DNA of 26,152 nucleotides from Thermoleophilia bacterium (GTDB taxonomy: Bacteria; Actinomycetota; Thermoleophilia; Miltoncostaeales; Miltoncostaeaceae), in assembly GCA_045403035.1 (NCBI GenBank), contig JAXIPH010000141.1, forward strand, positions 1-26,152, in the 5' to 3' direction. Shown here piece after piece: positions 8,954-17,173 of the stretch (positions within the stretch are counted from its first letter, which is position 1; every line of letters starts with the position of its first letter). The translations under genes were made by a program, and so were the position numbers. A model generated the notes under the pieces. It was given only the letters and a program-made list of their open reading frames with translations, was not told where the DNA came from and searched no databases.

Positions 8954-8991
8954 CGTGCCGCCCCCGGGTCCGGTCGCCGCGGGGTGCTCAC
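8950..8991 (-). other. 13-codon mini-ORF (MSTPRRPDPGAAR) overlapping the upstream stop and the downstream start
   Basis: GTG 8991 overlaps TGA 8988-8990, and its own TGA 8950-8952 overlaps GTG 8953. Whether it is translated is unknown. Confidence 0.3.
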
Positions 8992-9707
8992 ACCGCCCGC
9001 CCGGCGGCCTGCCGCCCGAGGAACCGGTCGGTCAGGGCGAGCGCCTCCGGCGTGCCGATGTCGTAGAACCGCCGGCGTGCCGGATACCCCGCCATCAGCC
9101 CGCGCGCGGCCAGGTCGCGCTGGACATCGGAGAGGTCGGGGGAGTCGGTGCCATCGAGGGCCTGGGGGGTCATCGCCAGCAGGCCGTAGTCGATCCAGCG
9201 GGCGGCGGCCGGCGGCCGGTGCTTGTCGTAGGCGACCACCATGCCCCGCGCGTACACCAGGTTGCTCGGCTCCCAGCGGTCGTCGTTGCGCAGGACCGTC
9301 ATCAACGCCGGCGTCCCGGCCCGCCGGCGTGCCGCGACGACGCCTCCGTAGTCCACGCGCAGATAGGTGTCCCCGTACATCACGAGGAACTCATCTCCCA
9401 GCAGTGGGAGGGCGGCCCGCACGGCACCCGCGGTGCCCGCGAGCCCGGGCGGGTCGTAGGCGTAGGTGATCGAGACGCCGAGACGGGCACCGTCGCCCAG
9501 GGCGGCCTCGATGCGATCCCCCAGGTGGCCGACGCACAGCACCACCGCGTCCGCTCCGTTGCTCCTCAGCAGCTCGAGCTGGTGCTCCAGGAAGGGCCGG
9601 CCGGCCACCGAGACGAGTGGCTTCGGCACGTCCTGGGCGAGGTCGCCGAGACGGGTCCCCTTCCCACCCGCGAGGATGCAGACCGGGGGGAGCCCCGCCC
9701 CGCTCAC
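8988..9707 (-). CDS. hddC: Sugar-1-phosphate nucleotidyltransferase (HddC/LmbO-like, probably guanylyltransferase)
   Basis: ILAGGKGTRLG...PKPLV, LGTAGA-like LAGTAGA, YGDTY, FYDIGTPE. Single domain of 239 aa located in a GmhA/HddA/GmhB cluster. Confidence 0.85.
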   Translation of the reverse strand: MSGAGLPPVCILAGGKGTRLGDLAQDVPKPLVSVAGRPFLEHQLELLRSNGADAVVLCVGHLGDRIEAALGDGARLGVSITYAYDPPGLAGTAGAVRAALPLLGDEFLVMYGDTYLRVDYGGVVAARRRAGTPALMTVLRNDDRWEPSNLVYARGMVVAYDKHRPPAAARWIDYGLLAMTPQALDGTDSPDLSDVQRDLAARGLMAGYPARRRFYDIGTPEALALTDRFLGRQAAGRAV

Positions 9708-10717
9708 CGCGTGGGGGGATCGGCGACGCCGTCGGGGAGCGTGGTGATCTCGCGCTCGATCCCTACCGGGCGCTCGAAGCCCTCCATCTGGTCGACGATG
9801 AAGATGGGACGGCGCTTCACCTCGTCGTAGATGCGGCCCACGTACTCGCCCATCACCCCCAAGCAGAGCAGCTGCACGCCGCTGAAGAACGAGATGATGA
9901 TCACCAGGGTGGGGTTGCCGAAGGGGATCTCGACGCCGGCCACCCGCAGGACGATGTAGGTCAGCCCCAGCAGCATGGCGACGCCCGCGAGCACGAACCC
10001 GCCCACCGAGATCAGGTGGAGGGGATAGCGGGAGAAGCCCACGATGCCGTTGACGCCGATGCGCATCGACCCGAAGAAGCGGTTGTACTTGCTGGTCCCG
10101 GCCGCTCGGGGATCGCGGTCGTAGAGCACGCTCGTCTGGGGGAACCCGACCAGCGCCACCAGGCCGCGGAGGAAACCGTGGGTCTCGTTGAGACGCAGCA
10201 CCTCGTCCACGACGCGACGGCTCATCAGGCGGAAGTCCCCGGTGTTCTGGGGGATGTCGACCTCCGCGACCCTGCGGATGAGCCGGTACCCGAGGGCGGA
10301 GACGATCCGCTTGGTGAGCGTCTCGCCCTCGCGGGTCCGCCGCTGGGCGTAGACCACGTCGAACCCGTCGCGCCAGCGCAGGACCATCTCGCCGATCAGC
10401 TCGGGTGGGTCCTGGAGGTCGCAGTCGATCACCACCACGGCGTCCCCAGACGACATCCGGAGCCCCGCCATGGTGGCGGCCGGCTGACCGAATCGCCGCG
10501 ACAGGCGCACCATCTTCACGCGCGGGTCGGCCGAGCGGAGCTCGCGGATGCGGTCCTCGGTCGCGTCCGTGCAGGGATCGAGGCTGAAGATGAGCTCGAA
10601 GTCCAGCCCGGCGTCGGTGAGGATCGGCAGCAGGCGGGCGTACAGCGGCCCGATGTTGCGCTCCTCATTGAGGCACGGCACGACCACCGACAGCAGCTTC
10701 CGGCGTGCGGAGGTCAG
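9704..10717 (-). CDS. gtrB: GtrB/DPM-synthase-like GT2 (polyprenyl-phosphate glycosyltransferase) with two C-terminal TM helices
   Basis: LSVVVPCLNEE, SRRFGQPAA, IDCDLQDPPE, GDFRLMSRR and two C-terminal TMs. Start is uncertain: CTG 10717 (SD AGGGGT, CTGA overlap) or GTG 10741. Confidence 0.85.
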   Translation of the reverse strand: MTSARRKLLSVVVPCLNEERNIGPLYARLLPILTDAGLDFELIFSLDPCTDATEDRIRELRSADPRVKMVRLSRRFGQPAATMAGLRMSSGDAVVVIDCDLQDPPELIGEMVLRWRDGFDVVYAQRRTREGETLTKRIVSALGYRLIRRVAEVDIPQNTGDFRLMSRRVVDEVLRLNETHGFLRGLVALVGFPQTSVLYDRDPRAAGTSKYNRFFGSMRIGVNGIVGFSRYPLHLISVGGFVLAGVAMLLGLTYIVLRVAGVEIPFGNPTLVIIISFFSGVQLLCLGVMGEYVGRIYDEVKRRPIFIVDQMEGFERPVGIEREITTLPDGVADPPTR

Positions 10718-11424
10718 CGGCGGACCCCTGTCATCATCCACGCCCGTGCCGGGGTCAGCGCCGACGGCCAGCGCACTCCGAACTGCAGGATCCAGGGGCC
10801 GATCGGCAGGCGGCGGCCCCGCACCTCGCCGAACCGCTCGGCCATGATCGCGCCGATGTCGCGGGCCGGGAGCTGCATGGTGGCCGGATGGGTCATCAGC
10901 GGGGTGCGCGCCAGCAGGGACAGGGGGGCGAAGAGCACCTTCTCCGCGGCGTGGAACCACCGCGGAACACACGACTCGGCCACGATCAGCCGCCCGCCGG
11001 GCTTCAGCACCCGGTGCGCCTCGGAGAGGGTCTGGCGGAGGTTCGGGACCAGGTCGCCGGCGCGCTCGCCCACCAGGTGGTGGATGACCAGCGCGAGCAG
11101 CACCGCGTCGTAGGCGCCGTCCGGCTCGTCGAGGGCCAGCGCGTCGCCGCGGCGGAAGGTGACGTTGGGCGGCGCCTCCGGGGCGGCCTCGTCCAGGAAC
11201 AGATCCACGGCCACGATCCGCTCGGCCAGTGAGGTGTCGTAGTCGAAGACCCCGCCGTTGCCGATGTCGAGGAGCGTCCCCACGCCCGCCACCTCGGCAT
11301 TGATCGCCTCCCGGATGACGCGGTAGGTCTCGAGCTCCGCGACGCCCTCCGCGTACTCCTTGTTGTTCGAGAAGAAGCGGCGGTTGGCCTCCGCGGCACT
11401 CTCGGACTGGCGCACCCCGCTCAC
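10714..11424 (-). CDS. Class I SAM-dependent methyltransferase (236 aa)
   Basis: LLDIGNGG motif I, VAVDLF, GDALAL, YDAVLL, HRVLKPGGRL. Confidence 0.85.
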   Translation of the reverse strand: MSGVRQSESAAEANRRFFSNNKEYAEGVAELETYRVIREAINAEVAGVGTLLDIGNGGVFDYDTSLAERIVAVDLFLDEAAPEAPPNVTFRRGDALALDEPDGAYDAVLLALVIHHLVGERAGDLVPNLRQTLSEAHRVLKPGGRLIVAESCVPRWFHAAEKVLFAPLSLLARTPLMTHPATMQLPARDIGAIMAERFGEVRGRRLPIGPWILQFGVRWPSALTPARAWMMTGVRR

Positions 11425-11927
11425 CTGGCCACCGCCTCGGCGTGGGGGCGGAAGACCCAGGCGCGCAGGACGAGGAAGCTCACGATGCCGAGCACGACGG
11501 TGGCCACGAAGAAGACCGCCAGGTCGGGCACCCCGAGGGCGCCCGGGAGCACCGCCAGGGCGGCGGCGGTGAGGCCGTACGAGGTGAGAGCCACGCAGAG
11601 GTAGCGCGCGCCCTGCGCGCTCAGCCGCAGGGCGTATCGCCCGTCCGACGCGAACACCCAGTTGCGGTTGAGGGTGAAGTGCAACCCCAGCGCGAGCGCG
11701 TACCCGAGCGCCAGCGCGCCCTGGATCGGCATGCCGGCCAGGCTCAGCACGGTGACGGCGCTGAGATGGACGACGGCGACCGTCAGGCCGGACACGGCGA
11801 AGCGGGCGGCCGAAGCCGCCGCGGGGATCCGCGCCAGGGTCGACACGAGTCGGCTGGTGGAGGTGGCCGTCACCGTGCGGGATCGTACTCCCCGCGCCGC
11901 GGAGGGCAGCGCACCCGGGCGGGTCAC
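11421..11927 (-). CDS. gtrA: GtrA-family flippase-like small membrane protein
   Basis: Four hydrophobic helices, RFAVSG, HFTLNRNWVF and a terminal LRAWVFR. GTG 11927 (GTGA overlap); alternative start 11873. Confidence 0.85.
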   Translation of the reverse strand: MTRPGALPSAARGVRSRTVTATSTSRLVSTLARIPAAASAARFAVSGLTVAVVHLSAVTVLSLAGMPIQGALALGYALALGLHFTLNRNWVFASDGRYALRLSAQGARYLCVALTSYGLTAAALAVLPGALGVPDLAVFFVATVVLGIVSFLVLRAWVFRPHAEAVAR

Positions 11928-12838
11928 CGCCTTCGCTCCATCACGAGCGCCTCGCGGATCCCGAAGCGCGGGCGCACACCGCGGCGCAGGAGCGCCTGCT
12001 CCAGGCGGAAGGCCCCCCGCACCAGCCGCGACGTCTCGGAGCGGGCGATATCGCGCTCGACACGCCGCCGCGCCGCCTCGTCGTCCAGGCCGCCGGCGCG
12101 GCGGCGGTTGCGCTGCTTGACGGTCCAGAAGGCGGGGTAGACGACGCTTCCCAGGTGGGCTCCGGCGCGGGGCTCGAGGCCGACCGAGCGCGCCTTGCCG
12201 GCAAGCTCGCCGCGGTCGTAGCGGCGTTCGTGCCGCAGATGTGCGTCGTAGTAGTCGTAGAGGCGTGGGTTGGCCGGCACGACGACCACGGCCCGGCCCC
12301 CCGGGCGGAGCACCCGCGCGAACTCTGCCAGCGCGTCCCGGTCGCCGGTCAGGTGCTCCAGGAGGTTGAGGGCCACCAGGCCGTCCACGCATCCGTCCCC
12401 CAGCGGGAGGTCGGTGGCGCTCGCGTGGAGGATGACGGCGCCTGGGGCCGCAACCTGAGCGCGCGCGAGGCCGGCCGACTCCGCGTCGACGCCGGCCAGC
12501 TCGGCGTCCGGCCACTCCGCCCGGAGGTCGGCGAGCAGGTGGCCCCCGCTGCAGCCCACGTCGAGCAGCGTCGGCCGTGGGCCGAGCGCGGCGCCCCTCA
12601 TCGCCGACACCGCCATCAGGCGGGTGAGGACGTCGATCGGATGCTCCTGTGCCGCGCGCTCGTGCAGGGCCTCCAGGTCGGCGGACCACCCGACCGCACC
12701 GTCGTCGCCGAGATAGGAGATGTACGGCGCGGGGGGGGTCGCCGCATCGGCCCGCCAGCCCTCGGAGGTGAGCTCGGGGAGCGCCGCCAGGCCCGGGGGC
12801 GGCCTCAGGCGGGCGACGATCGCGGGCACGGCCGTCAC
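11924..12838 (-). CDS. Class I SAM-dependent methyltransferase (304 aa) of the type found beside GtrA/GtrB
   Basis: GTG 12838 (GTGA overlap). LLDVGCSGG, NLLEHL, RVLRPGG, YDYYDAHLRHERRY. Confidence 0.85.
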   Translation of the reverse strand: MTAVPAIVARLRPPPGLAALPELTSEGWRADAATPPAPYISYLGDDGAVGWSADLEALHERAAQEHPIDVLTRLMAVSAMRGAALGPRPTLLDVGCSGGHLLADLRAEWPDAELAGVDAESAGLARAQVAAPGAVILHASATDLPLGDGCVDGLVALNLLEHLTGDRDALAEFARVLRPGGRAVVVVPANPRLYDYYDAHLRHERRYDRGELAGKARSVGLEPRAGAHLGSVVYPAFWTVKQRNRRRAGGLDDEAARRRVERDIARSETSRLVRGAFRLEQALLRRGVRPRFGIREALVMERRR

Positions 12839-13851
12839 GCGCTCGCCGGCGCGGGGGAGGACATGGTCCATCCGGAGCGCCGGTACGCCTCCTGGACCAC
12901 CGACAGGCCGTAGCGCGCGGACTCGAGATCTCCGAGCAGCGCGGCCGGGCCTCGCGCGAGAACGGCCTCCCGGAAGTGCTCCCACTCCGCCCGCCAGGAC
13001 GGGTCGGCGGCGGGGAAGGCGACCTCCTCGAGGTCGGGCGGGCCCATCTCCGGCCTCATGCGCCAGACCCTCAGGATCTGGGGGCCGTACGATCCGGCCA
13101 GGCCGGTGACCTGCAACTTCGTCCGCCTGGTGTAGATCTCCATCGCGAACTCGTTCCTCCACTCGGACCAGCTTACGTGGAAGGACGACCAGGGCGCGGC
13201 CGTGCCCGGTCCGGCGAGCGTGAGCACGGCGTTGTCGTCGACGGGCATGTCCCAGTAGTTGGTGCGCACCAGCGCGGAGTGCAGCGGCAGGGGGCCGAGG
13301 AGCCAATGGCTCAGGTCGAGGAGGTGCATCCCCTGGTCGAGCAGCTCCCCGCCGCCGGAGACCTCCGGTCGCGAGCGCCACTCGCGGTCGTAGCCCGGGC
13401 GCCCGCCGTGGCCGTAGCGGCCGCGCATGTACATGAGCTCCCCGTGCTCACCCGAGCGGACCTCCCCGATCGCGCGCGCGATGCCGGGGTGGAAGCGGTG
13501 GTTGAACCCCACCTTCACGAGCCGGCCGGTGCTCTCCGCCGCCGAGATGATCCCGTCCACCTCCTGCGGGGTGCGCCCCGCGGGCTTCTCCACCAGGACG
13601 TGGCAGCCGGCGGCGAGCGCGGCGATCGCCGTGGGGGCGAGATGGTCATGGGTCGTCGCCACGATCACGACGTCGGGCCGCTCGGCGAGGGCCCCGGCCA
13701 GGTCGGCGGCGCGTGCGCCGTGGCGGCCCGCCAGCTCCTGCGCGCGGCCGGCGTCCGGATCGACGCACGCCACCAGGCGGTCGTCCCCCAGCACCGCGGC
13801 GCGCTTGTCGCCCATCCGCCCGCACCCGACGATGGCGACGCGGAGGCTCAC
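12835..13851 (-). CDS. Gfo/Idh/MocA family NAD(P)-dependent oxidoreductase (LmbZ/CcbZ-like family)
   Basis: IVGCGRMG, HVLVEKP, VGFNHRF, GGGELLDQGMHLLD. Confidence 0.9.
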   Translation of the reverse strand: MSLRVAIVGCGRMGDKRAAVLGDDRLVACVDPDAGRAQELAGRHGARAADLAGALAERPDVVIVATTHDHLAPTAIAALAAGCHVLVEKPAGRTPQEVDGIISAAESTGRLVKVGFNHRFHPGIARAIGEVRSGEHGELMYMRGRYGHGGRPGYDREWRSRPEVSGGGELLDQGMHLLDLSHWLLGPLPLHSALVRTNYWDMPVDDNAVLTLAGPGTAAPWSSFHVSWSEWRNEFAMEIYTRRTKLQVTGLAGSYGPQILRVWRMRPEMGPPDLEEVAFPAADPSWRAEWEHFREAVLARGPAALLGDLESARYGLSVVQEAYRRSGWTMSSPAPASA

Positions 13852-14834
13852 GTGTACTCCTGCCCGGTGCAGCCCTGGTAGTCGAAGCCGAACCGGACCT
13901 CCTCGGCACCCTCCTCGGCCAGGGCGCGTCGCGTCCGGGGAGGGTCGGCGCTGTACAGCAGGACGAAACCGCCCCCGCCCGCGCCCACCAGCTTGCCGCC
14001 CAGGGCCCCGTTGTCGCGGGCGATCTCGTAGAGGCGGTCGGCGCGGTCGGTGCTCATCCCCTCCGACCGCCTGCGCTTGTTGAGCCAGTGCTCGTGCATC
14101 AGAGCCGCATACGCCTCGAGATCACCCTCCTCGAGGAGCCGCCGGCTCTCGTAGCCGATCTCCTTGGTGCGGTGGAGGTTCTCGATCATCGCGGGATCCA
14201 GCGCCCGCGTGCGCGTGTCCTGATCGGCCAGGAGCTGCGCGGCGCGGCGCGTCTCGCCGGTGAAGAACAGCAGGAACCCGTCCGCCATCCGCTCGAGGGT
14301 CGGTCCCGACAGCTGCAGCGGCTCGACCGTGACCGTGTCGTCCGGATGGAAGGTGTAGGCGCAGACCCCGCCGTGCGCCGCGGCGTACTGGTCCTGCTTG
14401 CCCGAGGGCTCTCCGAGACGGTCGATCTCGATGTGGCAGGCGGCCTCGGCGATCGCCTCCGGCGTCGACGACATGCGCCCCGCCAGCGCGAGCGCCTTGA
14501 GGAGGCAGACCGTGTAGGCGCCCGACGACCCCAGGCCGGTGCCCGCCGGGATGTCCGCGACGGACGCGATCTCCAGGGGGCTGCCCTTCCAGTGGAGGCA
14601 CAGCGCCTCGCGCAGGATCGGGTGGCGGATGTCGGCCGGGTCGTCCACCTCCTCGAACTCCGAGTACTTCAGCCGGTAGCGGCGCTGGAAGACCGTGTGG
14701 GTGAGCATGTAGACGTACTTGTCGATGGCGCCCGCCACGAGGAAGCCCCCGTGGGCGCGGTAGTACGAGGGGATGTCGGTGCCGCCGCCGCCGAGGCTGA
14801 TGCGCATCGGCGCCCGCGTGAAGATCATGCTCAC
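13848..14834 (-). CDS. hddA: GHMP sugar-phosphate kinase (HddA/LmbP-like)
   Basis: PMRISLGGGGTD, DIPAGTGLGSSG, GKQDQY, GGKLVGAGGGGF. Start is GTG 14834 or ATG 14828. Confidence 0.9.
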   Translation of the reverse strand: MSMIFTRAPMRISLGGGGTDIPSYYRAHGGFLVAGAIDKYVYMLTHTVFQRRYRLKYSEFEEVDDPADIRHPILREALCLHWKGSPLEIASVADIPAGTGLGSSGAYTVCLLKALALAGRMSSTPEAIAEAACHIEIDRLGEPSGKQDQYAAAHGGVCAYTFHPDDTVTVEPLQLSGPTLERMADGFLLFFTGETRRAAQLLADQDTRTRALDPAMIENLHRTKEIGYESRRLLEEGDLEAYAALMHEHWLNKRRRSEGMSTDRADRLYEIARDNGALGGKLVGAGGGGFVLLYSADPPRTRRALAEEGAEEVRFGFDYQGCTGQEYT

Positions 14835-15799
14835 GACGAGCTCCGGGCCGAGAAGACCCACTCGTTGTCGTCGAACCAGGCGAGGGTGCGGCCGACCGCC
14901 TCGCGGATGGTGAGCGCGGGGGTCCAGCCCAGCGAGCGCAGGCGCGAGCAGTCGAGGTGGATGAGGGGGCTGTCGCCCACCCAGCCGCGCTCGCCCCCGG
15001 TGTGCTCGACCTCGGGGCTCACGCCCAAGTGCTCGCAGATGGCGGCGACCGAGGCGTCGACCGTCGTCACCTCGTCGGTTCCGAGGTTGTAGGTCGCCAC
15101 GCCGGGCTCCGCGTGGCGGCGGGCGAGCATCGTGACCGCCTCGATGCAGTCGCCGACGTAGAGGTACGACTTCCGCTGGCGCCCGTCCCCCAGGACGCGC
15201 AGCCGGGTGGGGTCCTCGCGCAGCGCGCGGACGAAGTCGAAGAGGTGGCCGTGCGTGTACCGCTCCCCCATGATCGAGACGAACCGCAGCACGACGCCGG
15301 CGAAGCCGTACCCCTCGCAGTAGGCCTGCACCAGCCCCTCGCCGGCGAGCTTGGAGGCGCCGTAGAGCGAGGTCTGGCGGGGGAACGGGCAGGTCTCGGG
15401 GGTGGGGAAGACCTCGGGCTCGCCGTAGACCGAGCCGGTGGACGAGAAGACGATCCGCCGGACTCCCTCGGCCCGCATCGCCTCGAGGACGGTGAAGGTC
15501 GCGATGGTGTTCTGGCGCAGATCGCGATCCGGGTGCTCGAGCCCGTGGCGGACGTCGGCGTTGGCCGCGAGGTGGAAGACCACGTCGCACCCGCGCACGG
15601 CCCCGCGGAGCCGGCCCGCGTCGAGCACGTCCCCCTCCACCACGCGGGCCGAGGCGGCGGCGCGGACGCCGGTCAGGAAGCGCTCCTGCCCCGACGAGAA
15701 GTCGTCGTAGACGACGGTCTCGACGCCGTCCGACACCAGCCGGTCCGCCAGGTTGCTTCCGATGAAGCCCGCCCCGCCCGTGATCAGCGCGCGCCTCAC
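14831..15799 (-). CDS. NAD-dependent nucleotide-sugar epimerase/dehydratase (extended SDR, LmbM-like family)
   Basis: ITGGAGFIGSNL, FSSTGSVYG, YGASK. Confidence 0.9.
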   Translation of the reverse strand: MRRALITGGAGFIGSNLADRLVSDGVETVVYDDFSSGQERFLTGVRAAASARVVEGDVLDAGRLRGAVRGCDVVFHLAANADVRHGLEHPDRDLRQNTIATFTVLEAMRAEGVRRIVFSSTGSVYGEPEVFPTPETCPFPRQTSLYGASKLAGEGLVQAYCEGYGFAGVVLRFVSIMGERYTHGHLFDFVRALREDPTRLRVLGDGRQRKSYLYVGDCIEAVTMLARRHAEPGVATYNLGTDEVTTVDASVAAICEHLGVSPEVEHTGGERGWVGDSPLIHLDCSRLRSLGWTPALTIREAVGRTLAWFDDNEWVFSARSSS

Positions 15800-15823
15800 G
15801 CGCCCGCCGCCAACCTCACGCGC
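15794..15823. repeat. 10-bp direct repeat CCTCACGCGC (15794-15803, 15814-15823) duplicating the stop/start junction
   Basis: Read directly. The reverse complement GCGCGTGAGG contains the GTGA overlap in both copies. Confidence 0.8.
15796..15819 (-). other. 7-codon mini-ORF (MRLAAGA) bridging the transaldolase stop and the epimerase start
   Basis: GTG AGG TTG GCG GCG GGC GCG TGA, with a GTGA overlap at both ends. Whether it is translated is unknown. Confidence 0.3.
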
Positions 15824-16556
15824 GACCCGGGACGGGGTCGAGGGTGAATCCCGATGCCGCGGCGTCGTCGTGGAACATGCGCACCGTCTCGAGGCTGAAG
15901 GTGTCCAGGCTCTTGCCGAGGCCGCTCAGCTTGGCCAGCAGGTCGTGGGTGACCGTGATGATGTGGCAGCCCGCCTCGCTCGCCTGGACGATGTTCAGCA
16001 CCTCGCGCGGGCTGGCCCAGATCAGCTCGGCGCTCGGTGCAGCCCGCATCGCGTCCAAGGCCTCGCGGACCATCGGGACCGGATCACGGCCCGTGTCGGC
16101 GATGCGCCCGGCGAAGAGCGAGATGCACGAGGGAGCGCCGCCAGCGACGGCGGCGACGGTCTCCTCCACCTGGCGCACCGTCATGAGGGCGGTGACGTTC
16201 AGCTGCACGCCGTCCGCCGACAGGTCGCGCACCACCTCGGCGAGGGATGCGCCCGCGGTCGTGGTGACCGGGACCTTGACGTAGACGTTCGCCCCCCACG
16301 ACGCGATCTCGCGCGCCTGGATCCGGATCGCGGCCGGGTCGTCGGCGAACACCTCGAACGAGATCGGTCGGTCGGTGATGTGGCGCAGCACCTCGCGCGC
16401 AAAGCCGGCGTAGTCGGTCAGCCCGGCCTTTCTCATCAGGGTCGGGTTGGTGGTGAACCCCTTGATCCACGGGTGCTTCGCCAACCGCAGGATGCCGTCG
16501 AGGTCGGCCCCGTCGGCGAAGATCTTCACCCGGAGGCCCCTCAGGACGTCGTTCAT
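15816..16556 (-). CDS. tal: Short-family transaldolase (246 aa; TalC/FSA fold, LmbR-like role proposed)
   Basis: ATG 16556 (ATGA overlap). FADGAD, GFTTNPTLM, SFEVF, Schiff-base Lys in NVYVKVP, SLFAGRI. Confidence 0.9.
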   Translation of the reverse strand: MNDVLRGLRVKIFADGADLDGILRLAKHPWIKGFTTNPTLMRKAGLTDYAGFAREVLRHITDRPISFEVFADDPAAIRIQAREIASWGANVYVKVPVTTTAGASLAEVVRDLSADGVQLNVTALMTVRQVEETVAAVAGGAPSCISLFAGRIADTGRDPVPMVREALDAMRAAPSAELIWASPREVLNIVQASEAGCHIITVTHDLLAKLSGLGKSLDTFSLETVRMFHDDAAASGFTLDPVPGRA

Positions 16557-17173
16557 GCCGTCTCCTCCTCCACGAACGAGCTGACCGGGAGCAGCGCGGT
16601 GGCGGCCGCCACCATGCGGGCGGCGGCCGGCAGGTCGTCCACGCTCGCATCCGCCGTCACGTGCCCCCTCCGATGCCGGGTTCCGGGGTGCCGCACGAGG
16701 ATCGTCCGGCATCCCGCCGCGCGGCCCGCCGCCATGTCCGCATCCCCGTCGCCGATCATCCAGGATGCCGAGAGGTCGAGGGCGAGGTCCCGCGCCGCAT
16801 CGAGCAGCATTCCCGGCGCCGGCTTCCGGCAATCGCAGGCGCCCGAGAGGGCCGGCAGCGTGCCGTCGGGATGGTGCCGGCAGTAGCGCCAGTCGTCGGG
16901 CGCCACCCCGAGCGCCTCCAGGCGGCGGACGATCTCGTCGTGGACCGCGTCGAGGTCGGCCTCCGTGGCCGTGCCCTTGGCGGCGCTCGGCTGGTTGGAC
17001 ACCACGACGAGCGTCGCGCCGGCGCGGCGGAACTCCGCGAGCGCCTCCGCGCACCCGGGCGTGAGCCGCACGTCCTCGGGACGATGCGGCGACTCGGGCA
17101 GGCCGCTGACCGGGTGAGGCACCGGTTCGTTGATCACCCCATCGCGGTCGAGGAAGACCGCCCAGCCGCTCAC
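16553..17173 (-). CDS. gmhB: HAD-IIIA sugar-bisphosphate phosphatase (GmhB/LmbK-like)
   Basis: GTG 17173 (GTGA overlap). FLDRDGVINE, VVSNQP, YCRHHP, CDCRKPAPGML, MIGD. Confidence 0.92.
   Translation of the reverse strand: MSGWAVFLDRDGVINEPVPHPVSGLPESPHRPEDVRLTPGCAEALAEFRRAGATLVVVSNQPSAAKGTATEADLDAVHDEIVRRLEALGVAPDDWRYCRHHPDGTLPALSGACDCRKPAPGMLLDAARDLALDLSASWMIGDGDADMAAGRAAGCRTILVRHPGTRHRRGHVTADASVDDLPAAARMVAAATALLPVSSFVEEETA

Noticed and set aside
7229-9469. 746-aa + strand ORF, and similar antisense ORFs (13713-15092, 18316-19977, 23887-25308)
   Set aside because: Antisense to well-supported genes, with no recognisable domains.
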